DNA of 64,000 bases, taken from positions 10,389 to 74,388 of the forward strand of contig JAYVJR010000047.1 in NCBI GenBank assembly GCA_043769085.1. Reading direction: 5' to 3'. Origin of the DNA: Gammaproteobacteria bacterium. GTDB lineage: Bacteria > Pseudomonadota > Gammaproteobacteria > Steroidobacterales > Steroidobacteraceae. This document shows, one piece after another, positions 9,342 through 20,209 of the stretch. Position 1 is the stretch's first letter. Every line of letters begins with the position of its first letter. A model generated the notes under the pieces. It made no database searches. It had not been told where the DNA came from and saw only the letters and a list, made by a program, of their open reading frames with translations. Position numbers and translations under genes: made by a program.

Positions 9342-9837
9342 AGTTTGTCGATTTGCCCTACAGGTGGCGTCGGATCCACAGCGCGGGCAACTCCCAGTGC
9401 CTGCCTACGGTATGCCACTCACAAATACGTTAGGCTAACGCAGTGAAAAGACGCCCAAGTAAAGATCAATGCGTGCTAAGGAGATTGTCACGTGCCTGGT
9501 CGTGATCTGGCTCCCAGCGGCTTAATGTTGTGAGATCTTGCGCGGAAGATTCTGCTCGAGAATCCCGCGGACTCGCGCGGCCAATTGACCGGTTACTCAG
9601 GACCTATCCGAGTTGAGCGATTGCTGTCAGATAGTCGGCTTCGGATAATAGTTTCGCCAAAACAATTGATGGCTAAACATACACTCGACTAGTGCAATAT
9701 TTCGAAATGTCACCAGGTGACTTTATCTATACTCGAACTCCCCCGGGAATCGGACCGGTCGTCGCAGGTGACGTCATGCGTGGTCGCATCGATGGAATCG
9801 CGAACATCGAAATCCGCGTAATCTGAGGACTCTCCTT

Positions 9838-10755
9838 ATGATGATTTCTAGACGAACTTTTGGTCGAACCGGTCTCGCGACCGGAGCAGCACTAGCGCTG
9901 GGCGGCGGCGCGTTGGCAGCATCGCCTGCCCCGTTGCTGCGCCGAGCCATCCCATCGACTGGCGAGACCATTCCGGTCATTGGTCTGGGCACTAACCGCT
10001 ATGGCGTTGACCAATCCGAGGCCGTGCGAGCGCCTCTACGAGCCGCACTCGGCCAATTTCACCAGCTCGGCGGCACTTTGGTGGATACGGCACCCGCCTA
10101 CAAAAACTCAGAGGAAGTCATCGGCGAACTCGTGGCGACTCTTGGAATCCACAAGAGCCTGTTCATGGCGACCAAGGTCGACACACCTAACAGGACTGAA
10201 ACAACCGACCAGTTCAATGCATCGGCGGCGAAACTCAAAATGCCGAAGGTCGATCTGCTACAGGTCCACAACCTTCGTAGCTGGCAATCATCCTTGCCAC
10301 TGCTGCGGGAGCTTAAGGCAGCAGGTCGCATTCGCTATGTGGGCATCACCACATCACGAGAGAATCAATACGAAGAACTAGAGCGCATTCTGCAGGCTGA
10401 AAAACTCGATTTCGTCCAGTTGAACTATTCGCTCGAGAGCCGCGACGCGGCCATGCGCCTGCTGCCTCTCGCGAAAGACAAAGGCATCGCAGTCATCGTC
10501 AATAGAGCGTTGGGTGGCGGCAAAATTCTCTCGGCGGTCGGCGATGCGAAACTGCCGGACTGGGCAGCGGAATTTGATTGCCAAAGCTGGAGTCAGTTCA
10601 TGCTCAAGTATGTGTTGTCGAATACTGCAGTGACTACTGTGATAGCTGGTATGACAAAAGTGAAGCATGTTGAGGACAACATGGCGGCAGGTCTAGGCCG
10701 TTTGCCTAGTGCGAAGCTACGTGCGCGGCAGGAAGCTTACTTCAGTTCACTTTAG
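9838..10755 (+). CDS. Aldo/keto reductase with Tat-type signal
   Basis: MMISRRTFGRTGLATGAALALGGGALAA, then AKR-like blocks (GLGTNRYG, DTAPAYKNSEEVIG, VGITTS). Confidence 0.88.
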   Translation: MMISRRTFGRTGLATGAALALGGGALAASPAPLLRRAIPSTGETIPVIGLGTNRYGVDQSEAVRAPLRAALGQFHQLGGTLVDTAPAYKNSEEVIGELVATLGIHKSLFMATKVDTPNRTETTDQFNASAAKLKMPKVDLLQVHNLRSWQSSLPLLRELKAAGRIRYVGITTSRENQYEELERILQAEKLDFVQLNYSLESRDAAMRLLPLAKDKGIAVIVNRALGGGKILSAVGDAKLPDWAAEFDCQSWSQFMLKYVLSNTAVTTVIAGMTKVKHVEDNMAAGLGRLPSAKLRARQEAYFSSL

Positions 10756-10795
10756 CAAATAGTATTGATAGATAGGCAATTTTCGTCCTACAGAC

Positions 10796-12109
10796 TCACT
10801 TCGCCAGCACCTTGCCGGCGTATGGAACCTCCACACCGCCATACCGTCTGACGCGAATGTTAGCCTGTTCGCCATGCCCGGCAAAACCTTCGAGGGCGCA
10901 GAGTCGCGAGCAGTAAGCACCAATCATTGCACTCGCCTCGTCTGTTAGTACGCGTTGATAAGTGCAGGTCTTCAGGAATTTTCCAACCCAAAGGCCGCCC
11001 GTGTAGCGCGCGGCCTTGCGGGTTGGCAACGTGTGATTGGTGCCAATCACCTTGTCGCCGTAGCTCACATTGGTGCGTGGGCCCAGAAACAAAGCTCCGT
11101 AGTTAGTCATACGGCGCAGAAAATAGTCCGGATCTCGCGTCATTACCTGCACGTGCTCGGATGCATATTGATCCGCGATACTCACCATTTCATCCTCGTT
11201 GTCGGCGACGATCACCTCGCCGTAAGCCTCCCAGGCTTTGCGGGCCACTTCCGCTGTTGGCAGGATGGACAACAATCGTTCCACCTGCTTAATCGTGTCA
11301 ATCGCCAACGCCTGAGAATTGGTCAGTAAAACTGCTGGCGAATCGGGGCCGTGCTCCGCCTGCCCCAGCAAGTCAGTGGCACACAGTTCGCCATCGACAC
11401 TGTCATCGGCGATTACCAGCGTCTCGGTCGGTCCCGCGAAGAGATCGATACCAACACGCCCAAACAATTGCCGCTTGGCCTCGGCCACGTAGGCATTGCC
11501 CGGCCCGATCAGTATGTCGACTGGCGCGATCGAGGCAGTGCCAAGTCCCATGGCCGCCACTGCTTGAATCCCGCCGAGACAATAGATTTCGTCTGCACCC
11601 GCCATCGCCTGCGCAGCCACTACTGCCGCGGCGGGCTTGCCCTGGTATGGCGGCGCACAGGTGAGCACTCGCGACACGCCCGCCACTTTCGCCGTGATGA
11701 TCGACATATGCGCAGATGCTAACAAAGGATATTTGCCGCCGGGCACGTAACAGCCCGCGGCGTTGATCGGAATGTGCTTATGGCCGAGCACAACACCCGG
11801 TAGGGTCTCCACTTCGACATCGCGCAAGGATTCACGTTGTACCCGGGCGAAATTGCGCACTTGCGTTTGTGCAAATTCGATGTCCTTGAGGTCCTGACCC
11901 GATAGCTGGTCAAGGCAGTGCTGAATTTCGCCCGGCGTCAGCCGATAGCTGTCTCTATTCCATTTGTCGAAGCGGATTGATAATTCGCGCACCGCCGTGT
12001 CGCCGCGGGCCTCGACGTCCGCTAAAATGGTTTCGACCGTGTCGCGCACGACGCGCTGGTCTTGCTCACGAGCTGCGGCCGCCCGGCCGCGCTTGATCCA
12101 GAATGCCAT
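10796..12109 (-). CDS. Histidinol dehydrogenase family protein
   Basis: 437 aa with HisD-type blocks ([40 protein letters not shown]). Not in a his operon, so it may be a paralog. Confidence 0.88.
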   Translation of the reverse strand: MAFWIKRGRAAAAREQDQRVVRDTVETILADVEARGDTAVRELSIRFDKWNRDSYRLTPGEIQHCLDQLSGQDLKDIEFAQTQVRNFARVQRESLRDVEVETLPGVVLGHKHIPINAAGCYVPGGKYPLLASAHMSIITAKVAGVSRVLTCAPPYQGKPAAAVVAAQAMAGADEIYCLGGIQAVAAMGLGTASIAPVDILIGPGNAYVAEAKRQLFGRVGIDLFAGPTETLVIADDSVDGELCATDLLGQAEHGPDSPAVLLTNSQALAIDTIKQVERLLSILPTAEVARKAWEAYGEVIVADNEDEMVSIADQYASEHVQVMTRDPDYFLRRMTNYGALFLGPRTNVSYGDKVIGTNHTLPTRKAARYTGGLWVGKFLKTCTYQRVLTDEASAMIGAYCSRLCALEGFAGHGEQANIRVRRYGGVEVPYAGKVLAK

Positions 12110-12650
12110 GAAAATTTGTCTCCGCGTGTTATCAGGTACTAGCCAAGTTCAAATAGACCGAGGGCAACTGCTCGATATTCAACTGCTTGATCTCACAGCA
12201 ATCACGGTCAAGAGCTGATGCATTTTGCCTGTTCCCCTGCCAAGGATTGCGTTAAGTCTTTCCATCATGCCATTTTTATTATTACTTGCCTGCCTTCGGG
12301 TCCGGCATCCAGAGCATGCGCGACCGCCGACACCGAGTGCGAGCAGCCCCTGATACGCCAAATCAACCCAAGATGCCGCGCCTCCAGCGAAGTGATCAGC
12401 CCTTGAATGATCCATTGCCTACCGCTCGACAGCGACGGAAACCCACACTGGTGAAGGTCACTGGACATAACGCGCAAAGATTCTTGCGATCCTGTGAGGT
12501 TGACTCCAAATCAGTGCACGAAGAGGCAAGTCGGCAATGCGTGGCTTTGCTGTCGCTGGCATTTACGCGCATATTATGCAACGCCTTTGGCGTAGCCGAC
12601 AGCGCCAATCAGGCCAATCAGGTTGCGTCGATCGAATTCCAGGAGCTCAT

Positions 12651-13244
12651 ATGCGTTATTTGTTAGTCGCCGTGATTGCTGTCATCTCGCTGTCATTCGC
12701 AACCGATGCGCTGGCGGATCCACCACCGTGGGCACCGGCCCATGGCTATCGTGACAAGGGCAAGAACAAAGGCAAGCGTCATCGAGAAGCTTATTACGTC
12801 GGCTATTCGGGTCACGAATACGATCGTGACTACGACATCGTTCGCAGCAACCGCTGCAATCGCGAGAAAGTAGGCGCGGTAATCGGGGGCGTTGTGGGCG
12901 GTGTGATTGGTTACGAGGTCGGCAGCCGAGACAACCGCGTCGTTGCGACAATTCTAGGCGCGGCTGCAGGCGCGTTGATAGGCGCCAAGATTGGGCGGGA
13001 CATGGACGATCGCGACCGGGCCTGCTGGGGCCACGCGCTTGAGCTTGGCACCACGGGCAGACGCGTAACGTGGATCAACGAAGACAACGGCGTACGTTAC
13101 GACATCACACCGGGTCATGGTGCGCGCCGCGGCGACCGTATTTGCCGCGACTACACGCTGGTGGAGTGGCGCGATCGCAACAGTGTCCGATCCTCCGGCA
13201 CGGCCTGTCAGATTCGTTCGGGCGAGTGGCAATTGGATCGCTAG
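12651..13244 (+). CDS. Glycine-zipper / 17-kDa-surface-antigen-like outer-membrane protein
   Basis: AGGAG RBS, then ATG 12651. Signal peptide MRYLLVAVIAVISLSFATDALA. Glycine zipper GAVIGGVVGGVIGYEVG...GAAAGALIGAKIG. Confidence 0.75.
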   Translation: MRYLLVAVIAVISLSFATDALADPPPWAPAHGYRDKGKNKGKRHREAYYVGYSGHEYDRDYDIVRSNRCNREKVGAVIGGVVGGVIGYEVGSRDNRVVATILGAAAGALIGAKIGRDMDDRDRACWGHALELGTTGRRVTWINEDNGVRYDITPGHGARRGDRICRDYTLVEWRDRNSVRSSGTACQIRSGEWQLDR

Positions 13245-13688
13245 CCGCAACCGAGATTTACCAGGCTATTTGCCGCGCTGGCTTATAGTTTCAAGAAACC
13301 AGCGACCAAACGTTGTCTACGCGTAACGCTGTTGGTGCTGGCTATTCCGTCCACAACTGTCCACAGGGCACGAGACTTACTTCGGTTTTCCTCAGAGCCA
13401 GCCGCGTCCAGGGACACGACGTGCTGCACCAGGTTGCCACCTACATCTGAAGCATTTTCGATTTCCAGGACGACTCCTGTGCTGACATCGTCTGCACCGA
13501 GGAAATCATCAATGAAAATATCATTGCAGGGCTCACCAACTTGAGCGCCGTCTTTGACGGCGTGCCCTTCAATGACTGGGCGTCGCATCCGGTATGGGCG
13601 GACACCTACTGCGGATTGCAACCCGCGATGCAGGGTGGCTACTGTCTGATGCTGGAGCTGTTGTGCCTCGGCCTGGCGGCAGTTTTTG

Positions 13689-14468
13689 TTAGAACACCAA
13701 GCCGCGTATGTCCCGAATCAGACGAATGGCGCTGAGAATAATGACCAACAACCCAACTGCGATCATCAGCGGCTTGCGCGGCAGGTCACGTGTGATCCGC
13801 GCCGCAATCGGCGTGGCTAACAAAGCGCCGGCGACCAGAGCCAAAGTGGCCAACGACAACTGCTCAAATCCCAGGTGCCGCACCAGAATGGCAAACACGG
13901 CGCAGGCGACAAAGGTTTCCGCGATGCTGCCCGTGCCGACGACATAACGAGGATTTGCTCCGGCCGCAACCAGATTGCTGGTCACCAAGGGCCCCCAGAC
14001 GCCGGACATTGCCTCCAAAAAACCACCAATCAGCCCCACGGTTCCAATCTTGGCGTGAGGCACGGTTGGCGGTGGTGTGCCGCGGGCCCGCAAAATGATA
14101 ATCACTCCGATCACGATCAGGTAGGCGCTAACAAAGGCGCCCAACATGGGTCCTGCATGCCGCGTCAGCACAACCGATCCCAATGCACCACCCAGCACGC
14201 CGCTCCCACCTAACACAGCCAGCATTCGCCAATCGACATTGCGCAGGGCGATGTGGCCAATACTGGAGGCGGCTCCAGTAAGAATCTTGGCGCCGTTGAC
14301 GGAGGCACTGGCAATTTCGCGTGGCAATCCGATGGCTGCCAGCACCGTCGAGCTTATAGCACCGAAACCCATGCCAATCGCTCCATCGAAAAGCTGCGCG
14401 ACGAATCCGATCGCCAGGAAAACCCAGGTCTGTGGTTGTTGCAGCAAGGTTAGTAAAGTTTCGATCAT
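13689..14468 (-). CDS. TauE/SafE family sulfite exporter
   Basis: 259-aa polytopic membrane protein with a duplicated Gly-rich TM pattern. Divergent from cysJ. Confidence 0.88.
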   Translation of the reverse strand: MIETLLTLLQQPQTWVFLAIGFVAQLFDGAIGMGFGAISSTVLAAIGLPREIASASVNGAKILTGAASSIGHIALRNVDWRMLAVLGGSGVLGGALGSVVLTRHAGPMLGAFVSAYLIVIGVIIILRARGTPPPTVPHAKIGTVGLIGGFLEAMSGVWGPLVTSNLVAAGANPRYVVGTGSIAETFVACAVFAILVRHLGFEQLSLATLALVAGALLATPIAARITRDLPRKPLMIAVGLLVIILSAIRLIRDIRGLVF

Positions 14469-14575
14469 AGGGCGCTAGGCTCGCATCTACTGGCCGTGCT
14501 TCTCATACGTTTTTGGTATCTGCTGATGCCATTTTTAGACCTTTTTCATATATACACCCTGCGCATAATGGTCGC

Positions 14576-16393
14576 ATGAACGCGCCCCCGGCTGCCTTGC
14601 TGCCGCCACCCCCGCTTGACCCGCAGTTGGCAAACAGCCTGCTCGCACTCAGCAGCCATGTCGATGCCGAAACGATTCGCTATATGTCAGGGTTCCTCGC
14701 GGGTGTGGCGGCGGAACGCCAACGGGCGGCAGGCACTGACAACAGCGACACAAAACCAGTATCTGACGCCTCCAGCATCACCCGCGCAACTATTCTCTAC
14801 GCGAGCCAGACCGGCAATGGTCGACGCGTCGCTGAAAAGCTACATCGCCAACTTGAGTCACATGGCCTGGCGGCACGCTTGATCAATGTGGCGGATTTCA
14901 AGCCTCGCGACATTGCCAACGAGAAGCTCCTGTACCTTGTTGTTAGCACCCATGGCGACGGCGATCCACCCGATGATGCACGTGCTTTCGTCGACTATTT
15001 GACAAGTCGCAAAGCACCGCGCCTCGAACAATTGAGCTATACCGTTTTGGCGTTAGGCGATTCGAGTTATCCCAAGTACTGCGCGACGGGACGGACGCTC
15101 TCCGAACGGCTCGCGGCCTTAGGTGCTAAACAGCTGACTGAGCGCGCCGATTGCGACGTCGACTATCAGACTGCTGCGGAAACCTGGTCGAACCACGCGC
15201 TGGAAATCGCGCGCGACCGACTGCAAAGCCCGCATATCGCAATGGTGTCAGCGCCACCGTCGCAACATGCAGCTGCGGACCGTGATGCGCCAGTCACCAC
15301 CGAGGTACTGGCACGCGTGCTTATAACGGCCCGCAGTTCAGATCACCCGGTTACGCATCTCGAGCTCGCCGCCCCTGCCGGGCTGCGAACCTACGAACCC
15401 GGCGACGCGGTCGGCATCTGGCATCGCAATCCCGCCCAAGTTGTCGACCGCCTGGTTGAAATTGTCGGCGCTGACCCCGGCAGTCCAATCGAGATCGACA
15501 GCAAAGAACGTTCTTTGCGCGACTGGCTCACCGACCATCGAGAAATCACCCGCCTCTCCCGTCCGTTTCTCGATGCCCACACCAAGAGAACTAACAACAG
15601 CGCATTGCATCAGCTGCGAGCGACCGAAACGCCGGACACATTGCGGACCTTGCTGCGCGACTGGCAGCCCCTGGACTTGCTGGAACGTTTTCCAGCACCC
15701 TGGTCGGCCGAGGACCTGGTGCGGGCTCTGCGCCCACTGACACCACGTTTGTATTCCATTGCATCCAGCCGCGCCAGCGTAGGCAATGAGCTGCACCTGA
15801 CGGTGGCGGCGGTCGACTACCGCCGCGATGGCCACCAACGTCTTGGCGCGGCGTCCCATTTCCTGGCCACACGGGGCAGCACCGAGACTGTTTCACTACG
15901 CGCCTATGTCGAGCCGAATCCCCGTTTTCGCCTTCCAGCCGACGACACGCGCGACATCATCATGATCGGGCCTGGCACAGGCGTCGCACCGTTTCGTGCT
16001 TTCTTGCAACACCGCGTTGAGAGTGGTGCACGCGGCCGTCACTGGCTGTTCTTTGGTGCGCGGCACCGATTCAGCGATTTTCTTTACCAGACTGAATGGC
16101 TCGAGGCGCGTCGCAACGGGACGCTGCATCGGCTCGATGTCGCATTCTCGCGTGATCAGTCTGCGAAAGTGTATGTGCAGCACCGCATTCGTGAACAAGG
16201 CGCCGAACTCGCACGCTGGCTCGAAAACGGCGCGCACATTTATGTCTGTGGCGACTCTCAGCGTATGGCTCCGGATGTCCACAATGCACTGCTGGATGTG
16301 CTGACACAGCACACAGGTCGTTCAGGGGACGCTGCTAACGAATTTCTTAATGAACTGTCGAGTCAACGACGATATGCACGCGACGTCTACTAG
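14576..16393 (+). CDS. cysJ: Assimilatory sulfite reductase (NADPH) flavoprotein alpha subunit
   Basis: Flavodoxin motif [10 protein letters not shown], then FAD/NADPH blocks ([25 protein letters not shown]), ending ...RYARDVY. N-terminus parallels E. coli CysJ. Confidence 0.92.
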   Translation: MNAPPAALLPPPPLDPQLANSLLALSSHVDAETIRYMSGFLAGVAAERQRAAGTDNSDTKPVSDASSITRATILYASQTGNGRRVAEKLHRQLESHGLAARLINVADFKPRDIANEKLLYLVVSTHGDGDPPDDARAFVDYLTSRKAPRLEQLSYTVLALGDSSYPKYCATGRTLSERLAALGAKQLTERADCDVDYQTAAETWSNHALEIARDRLQSPHIAMVSAPPSQHAAADRDAPVTTEVLARVLITARSSDHPVTHLELAAPAGLRTYEPGDAVGIWHRNPAQVVDRLVEIVGADPGSPIEIDSKERSLRDWLTDHREITRLSRPFLDAHTKRTNNSALHQLRATETPDTLRTLLRDWQPLDLLERFPAPWSAEDLVRALRPLTPRLYSIASSRASVGNELHLTVAAVDYRRDGHQRLGAASHFLATRGSTETVSLRAYVEPNPRFRLPADDTRDIIMIGPGTGVAPFRAFLQHRVESGARGRHWLFFGARHRFSDFLYQTEWLEARRNGTLHRLDVAFSRDQSAKVYVQHRIREQGAELARWLENGAHIYVCGDSQRMAPDVHNALLDVLTQHTGRSGDAANEFLNELSSQRRYARDVY

Positions 16394-16398
16394 GCCGA

Positions 16399-18072
16399 AT
16401 GAACACTAACAACAGCAAGGCTCCGCCCAGTGCGATCGAAAAGGTGAAAGCGGACAGTCGGTTCCTGCGTGGCAGTATTGTCAAAAGCCTACTGGACCCG
16501 ACCACTGGTGGACTCGCAGAGGCTGATGGCCATTTGATCAAACTGCACGGCAGCTACCAGCAGGATGACCGCGACATCCGCGAAGAACGCCGTTTACAGA
16601 AATTGGAACCGGCCTACAGCTTCATGATACGCACGCGCCTGCCGGGTGGCGTATGCACGCCGCAGCAGTGGTTGGCACTGGACGAGCTCGCGACCCGCTT
16701 TGCCAACGGCAGCCTGCGGCTCACTACGCGACAGGCCTTTCAGTTGCACGGTGTCATCAAGCACGACTTAAAACCGACCATTGCCGCGATGAATGCAGTG
16801 CTGATCGACACGATTGCAGCCTGCGGTGATGTCAATCGCAATGTGTTAGCCAGCGCGAATCCTCTGGCCTCACAAATGCATGCGATTGTCCACGACTGGG
16901 CTGTCAGACTCTCGGAACACCTGCTACCGCGCACACGCGCGTATCACGAAATCTGGCTGGATGGGGCGACGGTGGCAGGCGGCGAGCAGGAACCGATTTA
17001 CGGACCCACCTATCTGCCGCGCAAGTTCAAAGCCGCATTTGTGGTCCCGCCGATCAACGACGTAGACGTATTCGCTCAGGATCTTGGGTTCATTGCGATA
17101 GCGGCTAGCGATAGCAGCGCTGCTCTTGACGGTTTCAACGTCACGGCGGGCGGCGGACTGGGTGCTACCCATGGCGATTCGGCGACCTACCCTCGTCTGG
17201 CGGATACGCTGGGCTTCATCACGCAAGATCAACTGTTAGCTGTAGCGGAAGCTATCGTCACGACGCAACGCGACTTTGGCGATCGCAGCAATCGCAAACA
17301 CGCGCGACTGAAGTACACCATCGAGACCCTGGGGCTTGGCGCGTTTCGCACTGAGATCGAAACCCGCGCAGACATTAAATTTCAGCCGGCGCGGCCAGTC
17401 AGCTTCACAAGCAATGGCGATCGCTTCGGTTGGACGCAAAGTATTGATGGCAGCTGGGCTGTGACGCTTCGCATTCCCTCCGGCCGCATTGCTGATCTCA
17501 CCGACGCACCCTGGCGATCGGGGCTGCGCGCGATCGCATCGGTCCATACTGGCACGTTCCGTCTGACGCCTAACCAGAACCTGATCGTAGCGGGCATCTC
17601 CGCAGGTGCACGGCCCGTCATTGAATCGCTGATCCAGCGGCATGCTCTTTCTTTGCATGAGACTGCATCACCTGTACGCCTCGACGCCCTGGCTTGCGTG
17701 GCCCTGCCTACCTGCCCGCTCGCAATGGCCGAAGCCGAGCGTTACCTGCCGGCACTGGTCGGCGAAATCGAAATACGACTTCACAAGCATGGCCTCGACG
17801 GCCTGCCGTTAGGCCTGCGTATTACAGGCTGCCCGAATGGATGCGCCCGTCCCTACCTCGCCGAGATTGCTCTGGTAGGCAAGGCGCCAGGTCGCTACAA
17901 CCTGCATCTAGGCGGTGACGCAGCCGGTCAGAGACTCAACAAACTGTATCGTGAGAATCTGGACGAGGCGGCCATCTTTGCGGCTCTCGAGCCATTATTC
18001 GCGCGTTTTGCGACTGAGAAACAGCCTCAGGAAAGATTTGGAGATTTCTTATGGCGATCGCAGCTCATCTGA
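16399..18072 (+). CDS. cysI: Sulfite reductase hemoprotein beta subunit
   Basis: SNYLRG-type N-terminus (DSRFLRGSI). Siroheme/4Fe-4S cysteine cluster ([14 protein letters not shown]...[11 protein letters not shown]). Confidence 0.95.
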   Translation: MNTNNSKAPPSAIEKVKADSRFLRGSIVKSLLDPTTGGLAEADGHLIKLHGSYQQDDRDIREERRLQKLEPAYSFMIRTRLPGGVCTPQQWLALDELATRFANGSLRLTTRQAFQLHGVIKHDLKPTIAAMNAVLIDTIAACGDVNRNVLASANPLASQMHAIVHDWAVRLSEHLLPRTRAYHEIWLDGATVAGGEQEPIYGPTYLPRKFKAAFVVPPINDVDVFAQDLGFIAIAASDSSAALDGFNVTAGGGLGATHGDSATYPRLADTLGFITQDQLLAVAEAIVTTQRDFGDRSNRKHARLKYTIETLGLGAFRTEIETRADIKFQPARPVSFTSNGDRFGWTQSIDGSWAVTLRIPSGRIADLTDAPWRSGLRAIASVHTGTFRLTPNQNLIVAGISAGARPVIESLIQRHALSLHETASPVRLDALACVALPTCPLAMAEAERYLPALVGEIEIRLHKHGLDGLPLGLRITGCPNGCARPYLAEIALVGKAPGRYNLHLGGDAAGQRLNKLYRENLDEAAIFAALEPLFARFATEKQPQERFGDFLWRSQLI

Positions 18073-18785
18073 TACCGGCTGCCGGCCGCGGCGAAAAATC
18101 GGCCCTGTTGGCTATCGATGTCGCTATGGCAGATCACAGCGCTGAGCAGCGTGTCGAATTCGCATTGCAGAACTTGCCCGGTGCACACGTGCTGTCGTCA
18201 AGCTTTGGTGTGCAGGCCGCGGTGTCGCTGCACCTGGTCACGCGACTGGCGCCGAAAATCCCTGTCATTTTGGTTGACACCGGCTACCTGTTCCCCGAGA
18301 CCTATCAGTTTATCGACACCCTGTCCGAACGCCTCGGACTCAATCTTCAGGTAGTCAGACCGGCGGTGTCACCCACTTGGCTTGAAGCCCGGCACGGTAA
18401 ACTCTGGGAGCAGGGTATCGAAGGCCTCGAGCTCTATGCGCAAATCGCCAAAGCAGAACCGATACAACGCGCACTTCGAGAGCAAAATGCAGCAACCTGG
18501 ATCTCGGGTTTGCGCCGCTCCCAATCTAACAGCCGGTCCGCCATTCCATTCATTGATCTGGTGGACGGACGCTTCAAAGTTCAACCAATTGCTGACTGGT
18601 CTGATCGCGATGTCGGACGCTATCTCAAACAGCACCGTCTTCCCTACCACCCGTTGTGGGACAAAGGTTACGTGTCGATTGGCGACTGGCACACGACACG
18701 CTCGCTGCTGGAAGCCGGCAGTATTGAAGGTACGCGCTTTTTCGGGCTCAAGCGCGAGTGCGGTCTGCATGGCCTCGTCGGTTAG
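18051..18785 (+). CDS. cysH: Phosphoadenosine phosphosulfate reductase
   Basis: Collinear with E. coli CysH ([39 protein letters not shown]). The start could instead be ATG 18126. Confidence 0.92.
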   Translation: MAIAAHLIPAAGRGEKSALLAIDVAMADHSAEQRVEFALQNLPGAHVLSSSFGVQAAVSLHLVTRLAPKIPVILVDTGYLFPETYQFIDTLSERLGLNLQVVRPAVSPTWLEARHGKLWEQGIEGLELYAQIAKAEPIQRALREQNAATWISGLRRSQSNSRSAIPFIDLVDGRFKVQPIADWSDRDVGRYLKQHRLPYHPLWDKGYVSIGDWHTTRSLLEAGSIEGTRFFGLKRECGLHGLVG

Positions 18786-18808
18786 CACACAGTCATAGAG
18801 AATTAATT

Positions 18809-20209
18809 GTGGACAGACTGCCACTCTTTCTCGACCTCCGAGATGTATGCGTCCTAATCGTTGGCGGCGGGCCCATTGCGGCGCGCAAATATCGCTTATT
18901 GCGCAGCGCAGGTGCTGCCGTAACCATGGTCGCGCCGCGACTGACAGACGTTAGCCTGCAGATCGCCGTTGGCCATGGCCAATTGCAGCATGTAGCCGCT
19001 TCCTTTCTTCCGGATCACCTAACGAACGCGAGGCTGGTGATAGCGGCTACAGGCTTGCATACGGTCAACGCAAATGTGGCCGCAGCGGCCAGAGCGCGCG
19101 GCATCTGGGTGAATGTCGTCGACGATGCAGAGCTGTCGAGCGCCATCGTACCCAGCATCGTCGACCGATCACCGGTAATCGTGGCGATCTCCACCGGCGG
19201 GGCTTCACCGGTGTTAGCAAGGAGACTGCGGGCCCGTTTGGAGGCCGCACTGGAGCCATCACTGGGGACGCTCGCGAGTCTACTAGCAACCTGGCGTCAG
19301 CGGTTGCGAGCACGCTGGCCACAGCCCGATGAGCGGCGCAAAGCTATCGATCAACTCCTGGATGGCGAATTGCCGCGGCATGTGGCCAAGGGTCAGCACG
19401 AGTTGGCCGAGAGCGTTTTGCGGAACGCGCTGGTTGCTGCGGCATCGGTTGCTCGTCCAACACTGGGGCATGTAACGCTGGTCGGCGCGGGTCCCGGCGA
19501 CCCAGGACTCCTGACACTTAAGGCTTTGCAGGCGCTGCAACGCGCTGACGTGATTCTGCACGACCGTTTGGTCCCGCCGGCCATCCTCGCACTGGCGCGA
19601 CGCGATGCCGACCTGATCGATGTTGGCAAGATGGGCGGCGGTCCCAGCACCTCACAGAGCCACATCCATGATCTTTTGTTAGCCAACGCGACAGCAGGAC
19701 GTTACGTCGTAAGACTCAAAGGTGGCGATTCTTTTATTTTTGGCCGGGGCAGTGAAGAAATGGCCATCCTGCGCGAGGCTGGCATCGAAGTTGACGCTAT
19801 CCCTGGAATAACGGCTGCTCTGGCGCTGAGCCTGGCAGGAATTCCACTCACGAGTCGTGGCGGCGCCGCCGGAGTACGCCTCCTGACCGCGCAACGCGCC
19901 GCGCTCTCGCCAGCACCAGATTGGCAGTCGTGGGCGGCGTCCGAGGAAACGCTCGTCATCTATATGGCCACTGCCTCTTTGCCCCTGATTCGCGAACGAC
20001 TGCTGCACTTCGGCATGCGCCCCACCATGCCAGTGGCTGTGGTTGAAAATCTATCGCTACCTGGACAACGAGTTATTGGCGGCACGTTAAATACATTGGC
20101 TGACATCGTACAGACCGGGCGTATCGGCTCGCCGAGCATTCTGGTCATTGGCGAGGTCGCTGCTAACGCCAAACTGACAGCCACTGGCGCAACGGACATT
20201 GCCGCATGA
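18809..20209 (+). CDS. cysG: Siroheme synthase (uroporphyrinogen-III methyltransferase / dehydrogenase / ferrochelatase)
   Basis: GTG start gives (M)DRLPLFLDLRDVCVLIVGGGPIAARK, matching the E. coli CysG N-terminus. C-terminal SUMT block VTLVGAGPGDPGLLTLKA. Confidence 0.9.
   Translation: MDRLPLFLDLRDVCVLIVGGGPIAARKYRLLRSAGAAVTMVAPRLTDVSLQIAVGHGQLQHVAASFLPDHLTNARLVIAATGLHTVNANVAAAARARGIWVNVVDDAELSSAIVPSIVDRSPVIVAISTGGASPVLARRLRARLEAALEPSLGTLASLLATWRQRLRARWPQPDERRKAIDQLLDGELPRHVAKGQHELAESVLRNALVAAASVARPTLGHVTLVGAGPGDPGLLTLKALQALQRADVILHDRLVPPAILALARRDADLIDVGKMGGGPSTSQSHIHDLLLANATAGRYVVRLKGGDSFIFGRGSEEMAILREAGIEVDAIPGITAALALSLAGIPLTSRGGAAGVRLLTAQRAALSPAPDWQSWAASEETLVIYMATASLPLIRERLLHFGMRPTMPVAVVENLSLPGQRVIGGTLNTLADIVQTGRIGSPSILVIGEVAANAKLTATGATDIAA

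Noticed and set aside
12110-12650. 540-bp gap with several 60-80-aa ORFs on both strands.
   Set aside because: None has an RBS, a motif or a coding-like sequence. I treat it as intergenic or promoter DNA for the divergent genes.
13283-13621. 112-aa minus-strand ORF in the gap between the surface-protein gene and tauE.
   Set aside because: No RBS, no motif and an ambiguous start, with competing ORFs on the other strand. It may be a gene fragment, but I cannot support a call.
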